Below are positions 1 through 8,877 of a stretch of 64,000 bases of DNA, piece by piece (the stretch's first letter is position 1; every line of letters starts with the position of its first letter). Below the pieces are notes generated by a model. It did no database searches, was not told the DNA's origin, and saw nothing but the letters and a program-made list of their open reading frames with translations. Position numbers and translations under genes: made by a program. This DNA comes from an uncultured Armatimonadetes bacterium (GTDB lineage: Bacteria > Armatimonadota > UBA5829 > DTJY01): assembly GCA_963717145.1 (NCBI GenBank), contig OY970325.1:1792001-1856000 (forward strand), given 5' to 3'.

Positions 1-561
1 CAGGCCGGACTTCTCGACTCGCAGACCGACCGACCGATCATCAGCAGCAATGTAGAACGGCAGTCCATAGTCACGGGTTACCACCGCCGCGCTGATGTCT
101 ACAAGCGTGCCATCCGCCGCTGTCTTCGCTCCACGAATGGTCGTCACCTTCGGACTTGTTACGATGAACGGCAGAGTCTCGATCGTCTGCCCCCACGAAG
201 CGAACCTGAGGGTATAGCTGCCTGGACTCAGAGTCCCTAGCGGAAACTCCTGGCTGACAGTGTCGATAATCATCAAACACGGCCCGCCGACCTGCTCAAG
301 GAAGATCGAGTCGATGGTGATCTGATTGCCGTTCTTCTGAGGGGGAGACCAGTGGTTGAGTGTGTAGCAGGTGCTCGACAGGGTGACTTCTACGCGCGCC
401 TGCACGGCGCCGCCCTGTGGCCATACCAGCATGTCTACAGAACTCGCCGGCGGGTAATATGGTATATAGGTGAACTGTGCGCAGGCGGGAAGAGCTGTCA
501 GGCCGATGGCAAACAGCAGCAGGGCGATGGTGAGCATGAACCGGGTGGAGTTGCCTTGCAT
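1..561 (-). CDS. Secreted protein with lineage-type C-terminal module (3' end runs off the window; absent from the ORF track)
   Basis: ATG at 561 preceded by AGGAGG. Open frame to position 1: MQGNSTRFMLTIALLLFAIGLTALPACAQ (signal peptide) ... TIRGAKTAADGTLVDISAAVVTRDYGLPFYIAADDRSVGLRVEKSGL, similar to the C-terminal domain of 60225..62291. Confidence 0.85.
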   Translation of the reverse strand, partial: MQGNSTRFMLTIALLLFAIGLTALPACAQFTYIPYYPPASSVDMLVWPQGGAVQARVEVTLSSTCYTLNHWSPPQKNGNQITIDSIFLEQVGGPCLMIIDTVSQEFPLGTLSPGSYTLRFASWGQTIETLPFIVTSPKVTTIRGAKTAADGTLVDISAAVVTRDYGLPFYIAADDRSVGLRVEKSGL

Positions 562-671
562 TTTCGAGCCTCCTGTCGGATAGCTGTAGTGTGAAACGCA
601 ATTAGCGATATATTTTACCCAGAGCTGCAGTGCGCCTAAACATGTTGTCGGCGCTCCGGCTCACATGATGG

Positions 672-699
672 ATTCGCCGACCGAGCCGCCGTCTCCTGC
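672..699 (-). promoter_or_regulatory. SigH-like promoter motif GCAGGA-N18-GAAT
   Basis: Minus strand reads GCAGGA-GACGGCGGCTCGGTCGGC-GAAT upstream of the 561 gene. The same motif recurs at 38661-38688 and 40666-40692. Confidence 0.45.
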
Positions 700-758
700 A
701 GGAAATCCCCTGCCCTCTGCCAAACTTCCTCTTAGCTGCATACCAGCGGAGGACGACA

Positions 759-3104
759 ATGCGCAAACAGGAACTGCGATTCGAAGACTGCTACTTCACT
801 CAGGATCAGTATGAGGTGACGCTTGGGAACTCCCGCATCGAGCGTCAATGGCGCTGCAGTAAGAGAGGTCTGACGACCGTTCGTCTGATCGACAAGCTCA
901 CCCGACGGAACTGGGCCGCGCAGGCGATAAACCCCGAGTCCATCATCACGTTCCAGAACCGCCTGATCGGGCTCTCCGGCCTCCCGACGGTCGTGACCTC
1001 CGCCGAGATCATCGAGAACTCCCTCAGCGCGCAGTCGCTTCGCTTGCGGTTCACCTGCGCCTGCGGGCAGCACACCATCGACAAGTGCTTCGAGATCTTC
1101 CCCGGGGTCGCGGCCATTCGAACATGGCTCGAGATCACCTGGGCGGAGGATATGTCGCTCCTCGATTATACTCAGGTCGACCGCTTCAGCCTCAATCTGT
1201 GGGAGGCGAGTGCGACCGCCGTCGAACTGCATGATCTGACCGACTACACTAACCACCTCGCCACCGTTCGGGAGTTCGATCTCGCGAAGACGAGCAAACT
1301 CGTCGGTAACAACATATTCATCGAAAAGGCAGACGGCGAAGGCATCTTCGGCTACAAGGAGAGCCCGGTTCCGAATAGTCAGTTGTACCATCTCTACTAC
1401 GATTTCGAGGCCGACAAGCAGTGGCTTGCGGGCATCGGCGCGGGATTCCACAACCTCCCCGCGGGACAGACGCGGCGGACCTACGCCTTCACGTTCGGCG
1501 TATACTCCGGGGGACGCGATGCCGGCATCCTCGCCCTCAAGGAGTATCAGGCCGCCCGGTACAAGACCGTCCCCGAGCGCGACTACATCATCAGCGCCAA
1601 CAGTTGGGGCGACTTCAGCACTGACATCAACGAGGAGAAGCTGATCGCGGAGGTCGAGGCCGCCGCGGCACTCGGCATCGAGAGCGTGGCTGTCGATGCC
1701 GGATGGACTCCCCACGTCATGGGCGGCGACCCCGATCCCGTGAAGTTCCCGAACGGGTTCGCGCCCCTGTGCAGGCGGGCGAAGGAACTCGGCGTCAAGC
1801 TGGAACTGTGGATGGTCCCCACCCGGCTCGACGGCGCGATAGACGTGCTGAAGGAGCACCCGGAGTGGGTCGCCCGCACGAATAATATGACCCCATGCGA
1901 CCGACAGCCGAGTTACGGCGGAGTCATGCTGACCGGCATCGAGCTGTGCAACCCCGAATGCTTTGCATCGATGAAGGACTACTTCCTGCGCTTCTACGAT
2001 GAGGGGTTCGAGCGGTTCAAGATGGACACCTTCCAGTGCGACGGCTTCGACTCGCTGGAGGGCGATCTATATGATCACTACGAGGCGCTCCGGCGGTTGA
2101 TGCACGAGTTGGTGGTCGAGCGCCCCGGCCTGACGTTCACGCAGGACTCGACGCGCACCAATCGCCCGATCTACGACTATTATATGGATTATGGAATCAT
2201 CTTCCTGGAGAACCGCTATCAGCGCGGGCCGATGGATGGGAACGGACGATACCTCCCCTGGAAGACTCTGCGAAACCTGTGGCAGGTCGCGCCATACATC
2301 CCGCCGCAGAAGCTGAACATGGAGCTGTCGAACGACGAGGAGGGCTACACGCCGGAGTACCTGTTCGCGACGGTGATGTTCGCCAACCCGCTGTTCTGGG
2401 AGTCGCTGGCCAGGATCTCCGATGGTCCTACTCCCACTCCGATCGGGAACCCCACCCCAGCCCTCCCCGCAACGGAGAGGGAGTCTACCTCGTGCCCTCC
2501 CAAGTCTGCTCTGAGTTCCCTTGAGCCCGAGAGCTGCCCCCTCTCCGTTGCGGGGAGGGCTGGGGTGGGGTCCTCCGATTGCTCCCTCTCCGTTGCGGGG
2601 AGGGCTGGGGAGGGGTCCTCCGGAGGGACACGAGCACGCCTGAAGCGGATGATATCCCTGTACAAGGAACACCGTGCCGCGATCTACGCCGGGCACATCT
2701 GGCCGCTCGGGGATATGCCGGATGGAACGGCATGGACCGGCTTCCAGTCGCACGATCCGAAGACCGGGTCCGGCTACCTCATTGTCTACCGCGAGGACAA
2801 CCCCGAGGAGTCGCACGTCTTCCACCCCAAGTTCCTCACCGCCCCGACCCGCTTCGAGAGCCTCACGGACGACTCTCCCACCCTCCTCTTGACGCCCTCT
2901 GCCCCCGAGGAAGAATCGCCCACTCTCCCCCTCACCCCCTCCCCGACTCCTCCCTCCCCCCAACACCAAACACCCCTGAGGCGCTCTGGCGCCGTTCCCG
3001 CGACTCCGGTCGCCCAACCCCCCGACACCCAACACCCTTCCCTGGCGGTCACCCTCCCAACCGAGAGGAGCTTCCGGCTCTACCGCTACTCCCCCACCGG
3101 CTGA
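759..3104 (+). CDS. Alpha-galactosidase-like glycoside hydrolase (GH36/clan D) with in-frame palindromic insertion
   Basis: GGAGG RBS. Motifs ANSWG, AVDAGW, KFPNG, LELWM, FKMD; C-terminal WTGFQS...GYLIVYRE. Confidence 0.8.
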   Translation: MRKQELRFEDCYFTQDQYEVTLGNSRIERQWRCSKRGLTTVRLIDKLTRRNWAAQAINPESIITFQNRLIGLSGLPTVVTSAEIIENSLSAQSLRLRFTCACGQHTIDKCFEIFPGVAAIRTWLEITWAEDMSLLDYTQVDRFSLNLWEASATAVELHDLTDYTNHLATVREFDLAKTSKLVGNNIFIEKADGEGIFGYKESPVPNSQLYHLYYDFEADKQWLAGIGAGFHNLPAGQTRRTYAFTFGVYSGGRDAGILALKEYQAARYKTVPERDYIISANSWGDFSTDINEEKLIAEVEAAAALGIESVAVDAGWTPHVMGGDPDPVKFPNGFAPLCRRAKELGVKLELWMVPTRLDGAIDVLKEHPEWVARTNNMTPCDRQPSYGGVMLTGIELCNPECFASMKDYFLRFYDEGFERFKMDTFQCDGFDSLEGDLYDHYEALRRLMHELVVERPGLTFTQDSTRTNRPIYDYYMDYGIIFLENRYQRGPMDGNGRYLPWKTLRNLWQVAPYIPPQKLNMELSNDEEGYTPEYLFATVMFANPLFWESLARISDGPTPTPIGNPTPALPATERESTSCPPKSALSSLEPESCPLSVAGRAGVGSSDCSLSVAGRAGEGSSGGTRARLKRMISLYKEHRAAIYAGHIWPLGDMPDGTAWTGFQSHDPKTGSGYLIVYREDNPEESHVFHPKFLTAPTRFESLTDDSPTLLLTPSAPEEESPTLPLTPSPTPPSPQHQTPLRRSGAVPATPVAQPPDTQHPSLAVTLPTERSFRLYRYSPTG
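2449..2616. repeat. Three REP-like units (ACCCCACCCCAGCCCTCCCCGCAACGGAGAGGGAG, one forward and two inverted) inside the GH36 gene
   Basis: Units at 2449-2483, 2539-2571 and 2582-2616. The same unit occurs inside the GH95 gene. Confidence 0.92.
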
Positions 3105-3515
3105 GTGCCGCCTTGCGATCCGCAAGGCAACGATCCAGGAGACGGATCGGTGAAGGTGGTCTTCTCGAACAGGGCGACCATGAACTACAAAGCTCTGCAA
3201 CAGTATCTGGAGTACCTCGATACGAACCGTGCGGCGCTCGGTTACCGGGCCGCACCGGAGATCATCCGTCCTGATCAGATCTCCTCCTTCACCGCTGGGA
3301 AACGCATGGGACTGCAGATAGCCGACGCGGTTGCCTGCAGTTACTTCAAGGCAGTGGAGGCAAACGCCTTCGGCTTCACAGAGGAATCGTACGCAAAGTC
3401 TATCGTCGCCAGGGCATATAGACATAATGGCGAACTCTGGGGCTACGGTCTGAACGTCATGCCCAGGGAGACTGAGGAGAAACGGCGTGCAGGAGGGATA
3501 CTACAGGGCTGGTAG
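3105..3515 (+). pseudogene. 5'-truncated DUF3800-like (RNase H-fold) gene
   Basis: DPGDGSVKVVFSNR...GLQIADAVA...YRHNGELWGYGL matches the C-terminal half of DUF3800 proteins. No N-terminal DESG motif and no RBS; starts directly after the GH36 stop and a hairpin (3110-3128). Confidence 0.7.
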
Positions 3516-3537
3516 CGGCTGAGGAGGCAAAAAAATA

Positions 3538-3619
3538 GCAGGTCCCGGGTCGTAGGATCCCACCGACCAGCGGCTGCCGCCCGTAAGGGCGACCTACGAG
3601 AACTCCCGCGCATACCTGC
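3538..3619 (+). ncRNA. Candidate DUF3800-associated structured RNA (strand uncertain)
   Basis: Nested pairings GCAGGT(3538)/ACCTGC(3614), CGGG(3546)/CCCG(3605), TCGTAGG(3550)/CCTACGA(3593), plus internal hairpin CGCCC-GTAA-GGGCG (GNRA loop, 3578-3591). Starts 22 nt after the DUF3800-like stop. Confidence 0.6.
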
Positions 3620-3685
3620 ATACACATTGTACCATTGCGTAACGCACTTTGCAGCACTTTTTGTAATCTTTTGCGTTACGAACGC

Positions 3686-3766
3686 ATGACCCTCCCCGGC
3701 CTCTTCGCCCTCCAGTCATCCCACTCCGGCGGCGAGCTGACGAAGATCACCTATCCCTGGGAGTGA
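3686..3766 (+). pseudogene. C-terminal remnant, possibly of a Gfo/Idh/MocA oxidoreductase
   Basis: MTLPGLFALQSSHSGGELTKITYPWE* resembles the TLPG..A..S...GG....I.. tail of these enzymes, with host-like codon usage. Confidence 0.4.
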
Positions 3767-3904
3767 CCGCCGGTCGTACTCCTACTCGCACTCGAAAGCG
3801 ACAAACCGCCGCCTCCTTGACTGGTTGCCATGAATTGTAGTAACATAAGGTGTCCCAGCCACAGCCAGATCGGGAAAGGTCGCGTACACCCTTAGGACGC
3901 CGTT

Positions 3905-6274
3905 ATGCCGACTGAAGCAGACACCTGCCGAAAGTACGTCACACCCATGCTGCAAGCCGCCGGGTGGGAAGATGAACCCCATTCCATCGCGGAGCAGCGA
4001 ACCATCACCGACGGGCGCATAATCCCCAAGGGAAACGGCTTCGTGCGGAAGCCGCCCAAGCGCGTCGACTATCTCCTTCGCTACACCCGCGACTTCCCTC
4101 TTGCAGTTCTTGAGGCAAAGCCTGAGTACAAGAAGGCTGCGGACGGATTCCAGCAGGCGAAGGACTACGCGGAGATGCTCGGCCTCAAGTTCGCCTATGC
4201 AAGCAACGGCCCGGAGATCATCGAGTTCGATTACACCACAGGCCTTGAGACCACTCTTTCCGCCTATCCCACACCTGCGGAACTGATGCAGCGCTATCGG
4301 GATGCAGCAGGCCTCAAGGATCAGCAGGTCGTGGACCGGCTGCTCACTCCTTATAACCACCAGGTGAACAAGGGTGAGCGGTACTACCAGATGATCGCCA
4401 TCAACCGCGCGGTGGAGGCGATCCTTACCGGCGACAACCGGATACTGATCACCATGGCGACCGGCACGGGCAAGACCGCCGTCGCCTTCCAGATCTGCTG
4501 GAAGCTCTGGAACGCCCGATGGAATCCCAAGGGCGAATATCGCCGCCCCAAGATTCTCTACCTTGCGGATCGGAGCATCCTGGTGGACCAGCCGAAGGAC
4601 GGCATATTCGCCGCCTTCGGGGATGCCCGGTGCAAGATCGAGGGCGGGGAGGTAGTCAAGGGCCGGGAGATGTACTTCGCACTCTATCAGGCTCTTGCCG
4701 AGGACGAACGGCGCGAGGGCCGCTTCCGGGAGTTCGCCCCTGACTTCTTTGACCTTATCATCGTTGACGAGTGCCATCGGGGAAGCGCGCGGGACGACAG
4801 TTGCTGGCGAGTGATTCTCGATTACTTCAAACCGGCGTACCAGCTAGGCATGACCGCGACTCCACTCCGGGAGGAGAACCGGGACACCTATATCTACTTC
4901 GGCAACCCGATCTACCAGTACAGTCTCCGCCAGGGCATCGAGGATGGTTTCCTCGCGCCTTACCGCGTTCACCGCGTGCTCACCGAGTGGGATGCCGCCG
5001 GTTGGCGGCCAAGCAAGGATGAGAGAGACCGCTACGGCCGTCCCATTCCCGATGATGAATACCAGACGAACGACTTCGAGCGGGTTATCGCCCTCCGTGC
5101 CCGGACTGAGACGATCGCCCGCCACCTGGTGGAGTTCCTGCGGAAGACCGACCGGTTCGCCAAGACTATCGTCTTCTGCGTCGATCAGGAGCACGCCAGC
5201 GATATGCGAAGGGCGATCAACAACTTCAGTACGGACCTCACCGTCGAGCACCCGGACTATGTCTGCCGGGTCACGTCCGACGAGGGAGATATTGGGCGCG
5301 GCCACCTTAGCAGGTTTCAGGACGTGGACACACAGGTCCCGACGATACTTACGACTTCGCAACTTCTGACCACCGGGATAGACGCGCCCACCTGCAAGAA
5401 TGTCGTCCTCGCTCGCGTTATCAACTCCATGACGGAGTTCAAGCAGATCATCGGCCGAGGCACCCGCGTCCGGGATGACTACGGCAAGCTATGGTTCAAC
5501 ATAGTTGACTACACCGGATCGGCCACACGCCTGTTCGCAGACCCGGACTTCGACGGGGAACCGACACGGCTTACCGAAGAGGAGATCAACGACGGCGACG
5601 ACGGCACCACCATCATTGATATCTTCCCGCAGGATGATGAACCGCCCGAAGATGGGGTTCCGCCTGGTGGAGTGATACGTGAACCTCCCTGGCCTCCTGA
5701 GCACCGGAAGTTCTACTTCGACGGCGGACAGGTGGAGATCGCCGCTCATCTGGTCTACGAGTTGGACCCGGATGGAAAGCAGCTTCGTGTTATCCGTTAC
5801 ACCGACTACGCGGCGGAAAGAGTCCGCGTGATCTGCCCGACCGCCCCGGAACTGCGCGCTCAGTGGGCCGACCCGGAGAAGCGCTCGGAGATCATCCAAC
5901 TCCTGGCCGAACGTGGTGTCAGCTTCGAGTCCCTTGCCGACGCCGCCCAGCAGCCGGACGTCGATCCGTTTGACCTGCTATGCCACCTTGCCTTCAACGC
6001 TCCGCTTCGGAGTCGGAGGGAGAGGGCGCAGCAACTGAGGCAGGACCGCCCCGGCTTCTTCGCCCAATACGGACCGGAGGCTCGGGCTATCCTCGGCGAG
6101 TTGCTGGAGAAGTATGCCGAGCACGGCTATGCCGAGTTCGTCTTGCCCGACATTCTGAAAGTCCCGCCAATCTCCGCGCACGGGGAAATCGGCGATATCG
6201 TCAACATCTTCGGCGGTCCCGAGAAGCTGCGGGATGCGGTGAACTACATGCAGGCTCTACTCTATTCCGCCTAA
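3905..6274 (+). CDS. hsdR: Type I restriction enzyme R subunit (EcoAI/EcoEI-like)
   Basis: N-terminal EADTCRKY, nuclease D..L...LAVLEAK, Walker A MATGTGKT, DECHRG, TATP, QIIGRGTR; EcoEI-type C-terminus. Confidence 0.96.
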   Translation: MPTEADTCRKYVTPMLQAAGWEDEPHSIAEQRTITDGRIIPKGNGFVRKPPKRVDYLLRYTRDFPLAVLEAKPEYKKAADGFQQAKDYAEMLGLKFAYASNGPEIIEFDYTTGLETTLSAYPTPAELMQRYRDAAGLKDQQVVDRLLTPYNHQVNKGERYYQMIAINRAVEAILTGDNRILITMATGTGKTAVAFQICWKLWNARWNPKGEYRRPKILYLADRSILVDQPKDGIFAAFGDARCKIEGGEVVKGREMYFALYQALAEDERREGRFREFAPDFFDLIIVDECHRGSARDDSCWRVILDYFKPAYQLGMTATPLREENRDTYIYFGNPIYQYSLRQGIEDGFLAPYRVHRVLTEWDAAGWRPSKDERDRYGRPIPDDEYQTNDFERVIALRARTETIARHLVEFLRKTDRFAKTIVFCVDQEHASDMRRAINNFSTDLTVEHPDYVCRVTSDEGDIGRGHLSRFQDVDTQVPTILTTSQLLTTGIDAPTCKNVVLARVINSMTEFKQIIGRGTRVRDDYGKLWFNIVDYTGSATRLFADPDFDGEPTRLTEEEINDGDDGTTIIDIFPQDDEPPEDGVPPGGVIREPPWPPEHRKFYFDGGQVEIAAHLVYELDPDGKQLRVIRYTDYAAERVRVICPTAPELRAQWADPEKRSEIIQLLAERGVSFESLADAAQQPDVDPFDLLCHLAFNAPLRSRRERAQQLRQDRPGFFAQYGPEARAILGELLEKYAEHGYAEFVLPDILKVPPISAHGEIGDIVNIFGGPEKLRDAVNYMQALLYSA

Positions 6275-6287
6275 GGGGGAACATGGT

Positions 6288-7325
6288 ATGCACACAGCGC
6301 TCTACTATCCGTATGCCTCGGTCCCCAATCGACGCCTCCTGAGAACCACTCTTCTCCTATGGGATCAGATTCAGGTGATCGATCCGGTGGGCGCATGTAG
6401 GTATTCTAAGCACCCGATGGTGCGGGAGGCCCAGGAACTTGTCGTTCGTCGATATGCTCCAAGTGAGGATGAGCAGTTGCTCGCACATCGAATCATAATG
6501 GAGTTTATGCACAGCCCATTGCCAGATCGGTTGTTCGTTCACATGGGAGAGCCGAGAGATCACGTCTACCGCCGTAAATTCTCGCCCCGGACCTGGGATG
6601 CGTTGCTGGAGAGCAGGTTGGCAGGTCCTTGGGATGTCGACCGCGTCTATACAAGCCTGGCAATGTCAATGATCCTTATGGCAATACTCGCGGAGTGCTG
6701 TGCAGGAGAGACCAAGCGGCTGGTTACGGATGAGACGGGGGAGTATGATAGGCTGAGGCGTAGCTTTGGGGCACGAACAGACGGTGCCGTGAAGACCAGC
6801 CCCGACCCGGAGGATAGGCTTCTGGTATCGCTTACTATCAGGATGGTAGATGTCTCTGCCATCCCTCTCCACAACCTCGTTCGGCTGCGCAAGAAGGAAC
6901 TCGGTCCGAGCGGCCATCTCTATACTCAAGTTCGTCACGCACTCTTAGGTCGTCTGGAGGCGCACGCATTAGAGATGGTCAAGCCTACCTATAGCATCTC
7001 CGATCGGCAAGAGATCGAGAGATGCTTTGAGCAGGAAATGGCCAACGACTATGCAGACTTGGCAGAAGAACTTGGACTTGCAGGGCGGAAGTTCGTTCTG
7101 TCCGGGGAGTTTGCTGCCTTGGTGGCACTGGTCGCCAGCGCCTTCACTCAGCCATCGCTAGCAGGAACGCCTGCAGGAGGAGCTGCCTTCATATTGGGTG
7201 CAGGTGGCATACTGGCTGATCTCTTGACCAAGTATCGGGCGCATCGAAAGCGTACCCTTCTGGATCACCCAACTGCTTCCTTGTATCTCGCAGAACATGC
7301 CGGTTTTGAACAGGACTTACGCTGA
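6288..7325 (+). CDS. Uncharacterised (DUF6236-like) protein inserted between hsdR and hsdM
   Basis: N-terminal ALYYPY...LLLWDQIQVIDP pattern, C-terminal hydrophobic Gly/Ala hairpin, AAGGGGG RBS, codon usage differs from flanks. Confidence 0.75.
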   Translation: MHTALYYPYASVPNRRLLRTTLLLWDQIQVIDPVGACRYSKHPMVREAQELVVRRYAPSEDEQLLAHRIIMEFMHSPLPDRLFVHMGEPRDHVYRRKFSPRTWDALLESRLAGPWDVDRVYTSLAMSMILMAILAECCAGETKRLVTDETGEYDRLRRSFGARTDGAVKTSPDPEDRLLVSLTIRMVDVSAIPLHNLVRLRKKELGPSGHLYTQVRHALLGRLEAHALEMVKPTYSISDRQEIERCFEQEMANDYADLAEELGLAGRKFVLSGEFAALVALVASAFTQPSLAGTPAGGAAFILGAGGILADLLTKYRAHRKRTLLDHPTASLYLAEHAGFEQDLR

Positions 7326-7326
7326 T

Positions 7327-8877
7327 ATGAAGAAACAGACAATCACCACACCAACCACCGCCCAGGCGCTCGGGAGCCTGCTGAAGTCCGCGCGGGACAT
7401 CATGCGCAAGGATAGGGGGCTGAGCGGCGACGTTGACCGCCTTCCGCTGCTCACCTGGATCATGTTTCTCAAGTTCCTCGACGATCTGGAGATCGAACGG
7501 GAGCAGGGCGCGCTCCTCGGTGACAGGAAGTTCCACGCAGCAGTCGAACCGCCCTACCGCTGGCGGGATTGGGCCGACCGTCCGGACGGCATCACGGGCG
7601 ACGAACTGATCGGGTTCATGAACCAGGATGAGTGCATCCGCCCGGACGGCACGCGGGGGCCCGGCCTCTTCGCATACCTGCGCAGTCTTACCAGTTCGAA
7701 CGGCGACGACCGCCGCGACGTGATCGCCACTGTCTTCAAGGGCGTGGATAACCGCATGAAGAGCGGCTATCTGCTCCGCGATGTGATCAACAAGTTTGCA
7801 GGTGTCCACTTCACCTCCAGCGATGAACTCCATACGCTGGGCAGTCTTTACGAGTCGATGCTCCGAGAGATGCGCGACGCCGCCGGTGATTCCGGCGAGT
7901 TCTACACACCACGAGCCGTCGTTCGCTTCATGGTAGAGGTCACCGATCCCTGCCTGGGCGAGACTGTCCTGGACCCTGCATCCGGGACCGGAGGCTTTCT
8001 CGTGGAGGCGTTCAAGCATCTGAGTTCGCAGGTCAAGACGGTAGAGGATCGCAGGACGCTGCAGGAGCGCTCTCTTTTCGGAGGCGAGCCGAAGTCCCTG
8101 CCGTATCTGCTCTGTCAGATGAACCTTCTGCTTCACGGGCTCGACTCCCCACAGATCGATCCGGGCAACTCCTTGCGCTACAAGCTTACCGAGATCGGCG
8201 AGAAGGAGCGGGTGGACGTGATCGTCACCAATCCTCCCTTCGGTGGTGAGGAGGAGCGGGGGATTCAGGGCAACTTCCCGGACGACAAACGGACCTCCGA
8301 GACCGCTCTGCTCTTCCTCCAGCTTATCATGCGGAAACTGCGACGGCAGCCGAAGACTGGTTTCCCGCCCGCCCGCGCCGCCGTCGTTGTCCCGAACGGC
8401 ACTCTCTTCGGCGATGGTGTCTGCGCCCGGATTAAGGAGGACCTACTGAAGCAGTTCAACCTCCACACCATCGTCCGCCTGCCAAATGGTGTCTTTGCTC
8501 CTTACACCAGCATTCCCACGAACCTTCTCTTCTTCGACCGCTCCGGTCCGACGAAGGATGTATGGTATTACGAGCATCCGCTGCCCGAGGGAAGGAAGAA
8601 TTACACCAAGACCCAGCCGCTGCAGTTTGCGGAGTTCGCCGAATGCCAGGGCTGGTGGAACAACCGCGAGGAGAACGAGCAGGCGTGGAAGATCCCTGCC
8701 GCCGAACTGCTGGCGAGGAACTGCAACCTCGACTGCAAGAACCCTCGTGCCAAGCAAGATATCACCCACCTGCCTCCAGATGAACTTGCCGCGAGCATAC
8801 TGGAGAAGGAGCAGCGCATCGTGGACATCTTGGCCAAGATCCGAGTGCTCATCCCTAATGGAGCATCACACCAATGA
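7327..8877 (+). CDS. hsdM: Type I R-M N6-adenine methyltransferase
   Basis: GEFYTPR, DPASGTGGFL (SAM binding), NPPF catalytic motif. ATG at 7327 directly follows the upstream stop. Confidence 0.96.
   Translation: MKKQTITTPTTAQALGSLLKSARDIMRKDRGLSGDVDRLPLLTWIMFLKFLDDLEIEREQGALLGDRKFHAAVEPPYRWRDWADRPDGITGDELIGFMNQDECIRPDGTRGPGLFAYLRSLTSSNGDDRRDVIATVFKGVDNRMKSGYLLRDVINKFAGVHFTSSDELHTLGSLYESMLREMRDAAGDSGEFYTPRAVVRFMVEVTDPCLGETVLDPASGTGGFLVEAFKHLSSQVKTVEDRRTLQERSLFGGEPKSLPYLLCQMNLLLHGLDSPQIDPGNSLRYKLTEIGEKERVDVIVTNPPFGGEEERGIQGNFPDDKRTSETALLFLQLIMRKLRRQPKTGFPPARAAVVVPNGTLFGDGVCARIKEDLLKQFNLHTIVRLPNGVFAPYTSIPTNLLFFDRSGPTKDVWYYEHPLPEGRKNYTKTQPLQFAEFAECQGWWNNREENEQAWKIPAAELLARNCNLDCKNPRAKQDITHLPPDELAASILEKEQRIVDILAKIRVLIPNGASHQ

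Noticed and set aside
3102-3128. Selenocysteine or readthrough fusion: the GH36 TGA is in frame with the next ORF and followed by a hairpin
   Set aside because: GH36 ends at a plausible natural C-terminus and the downstream ORF is half of an unrelated family. A terminator-like hairpin plus deletion scar is simpler.
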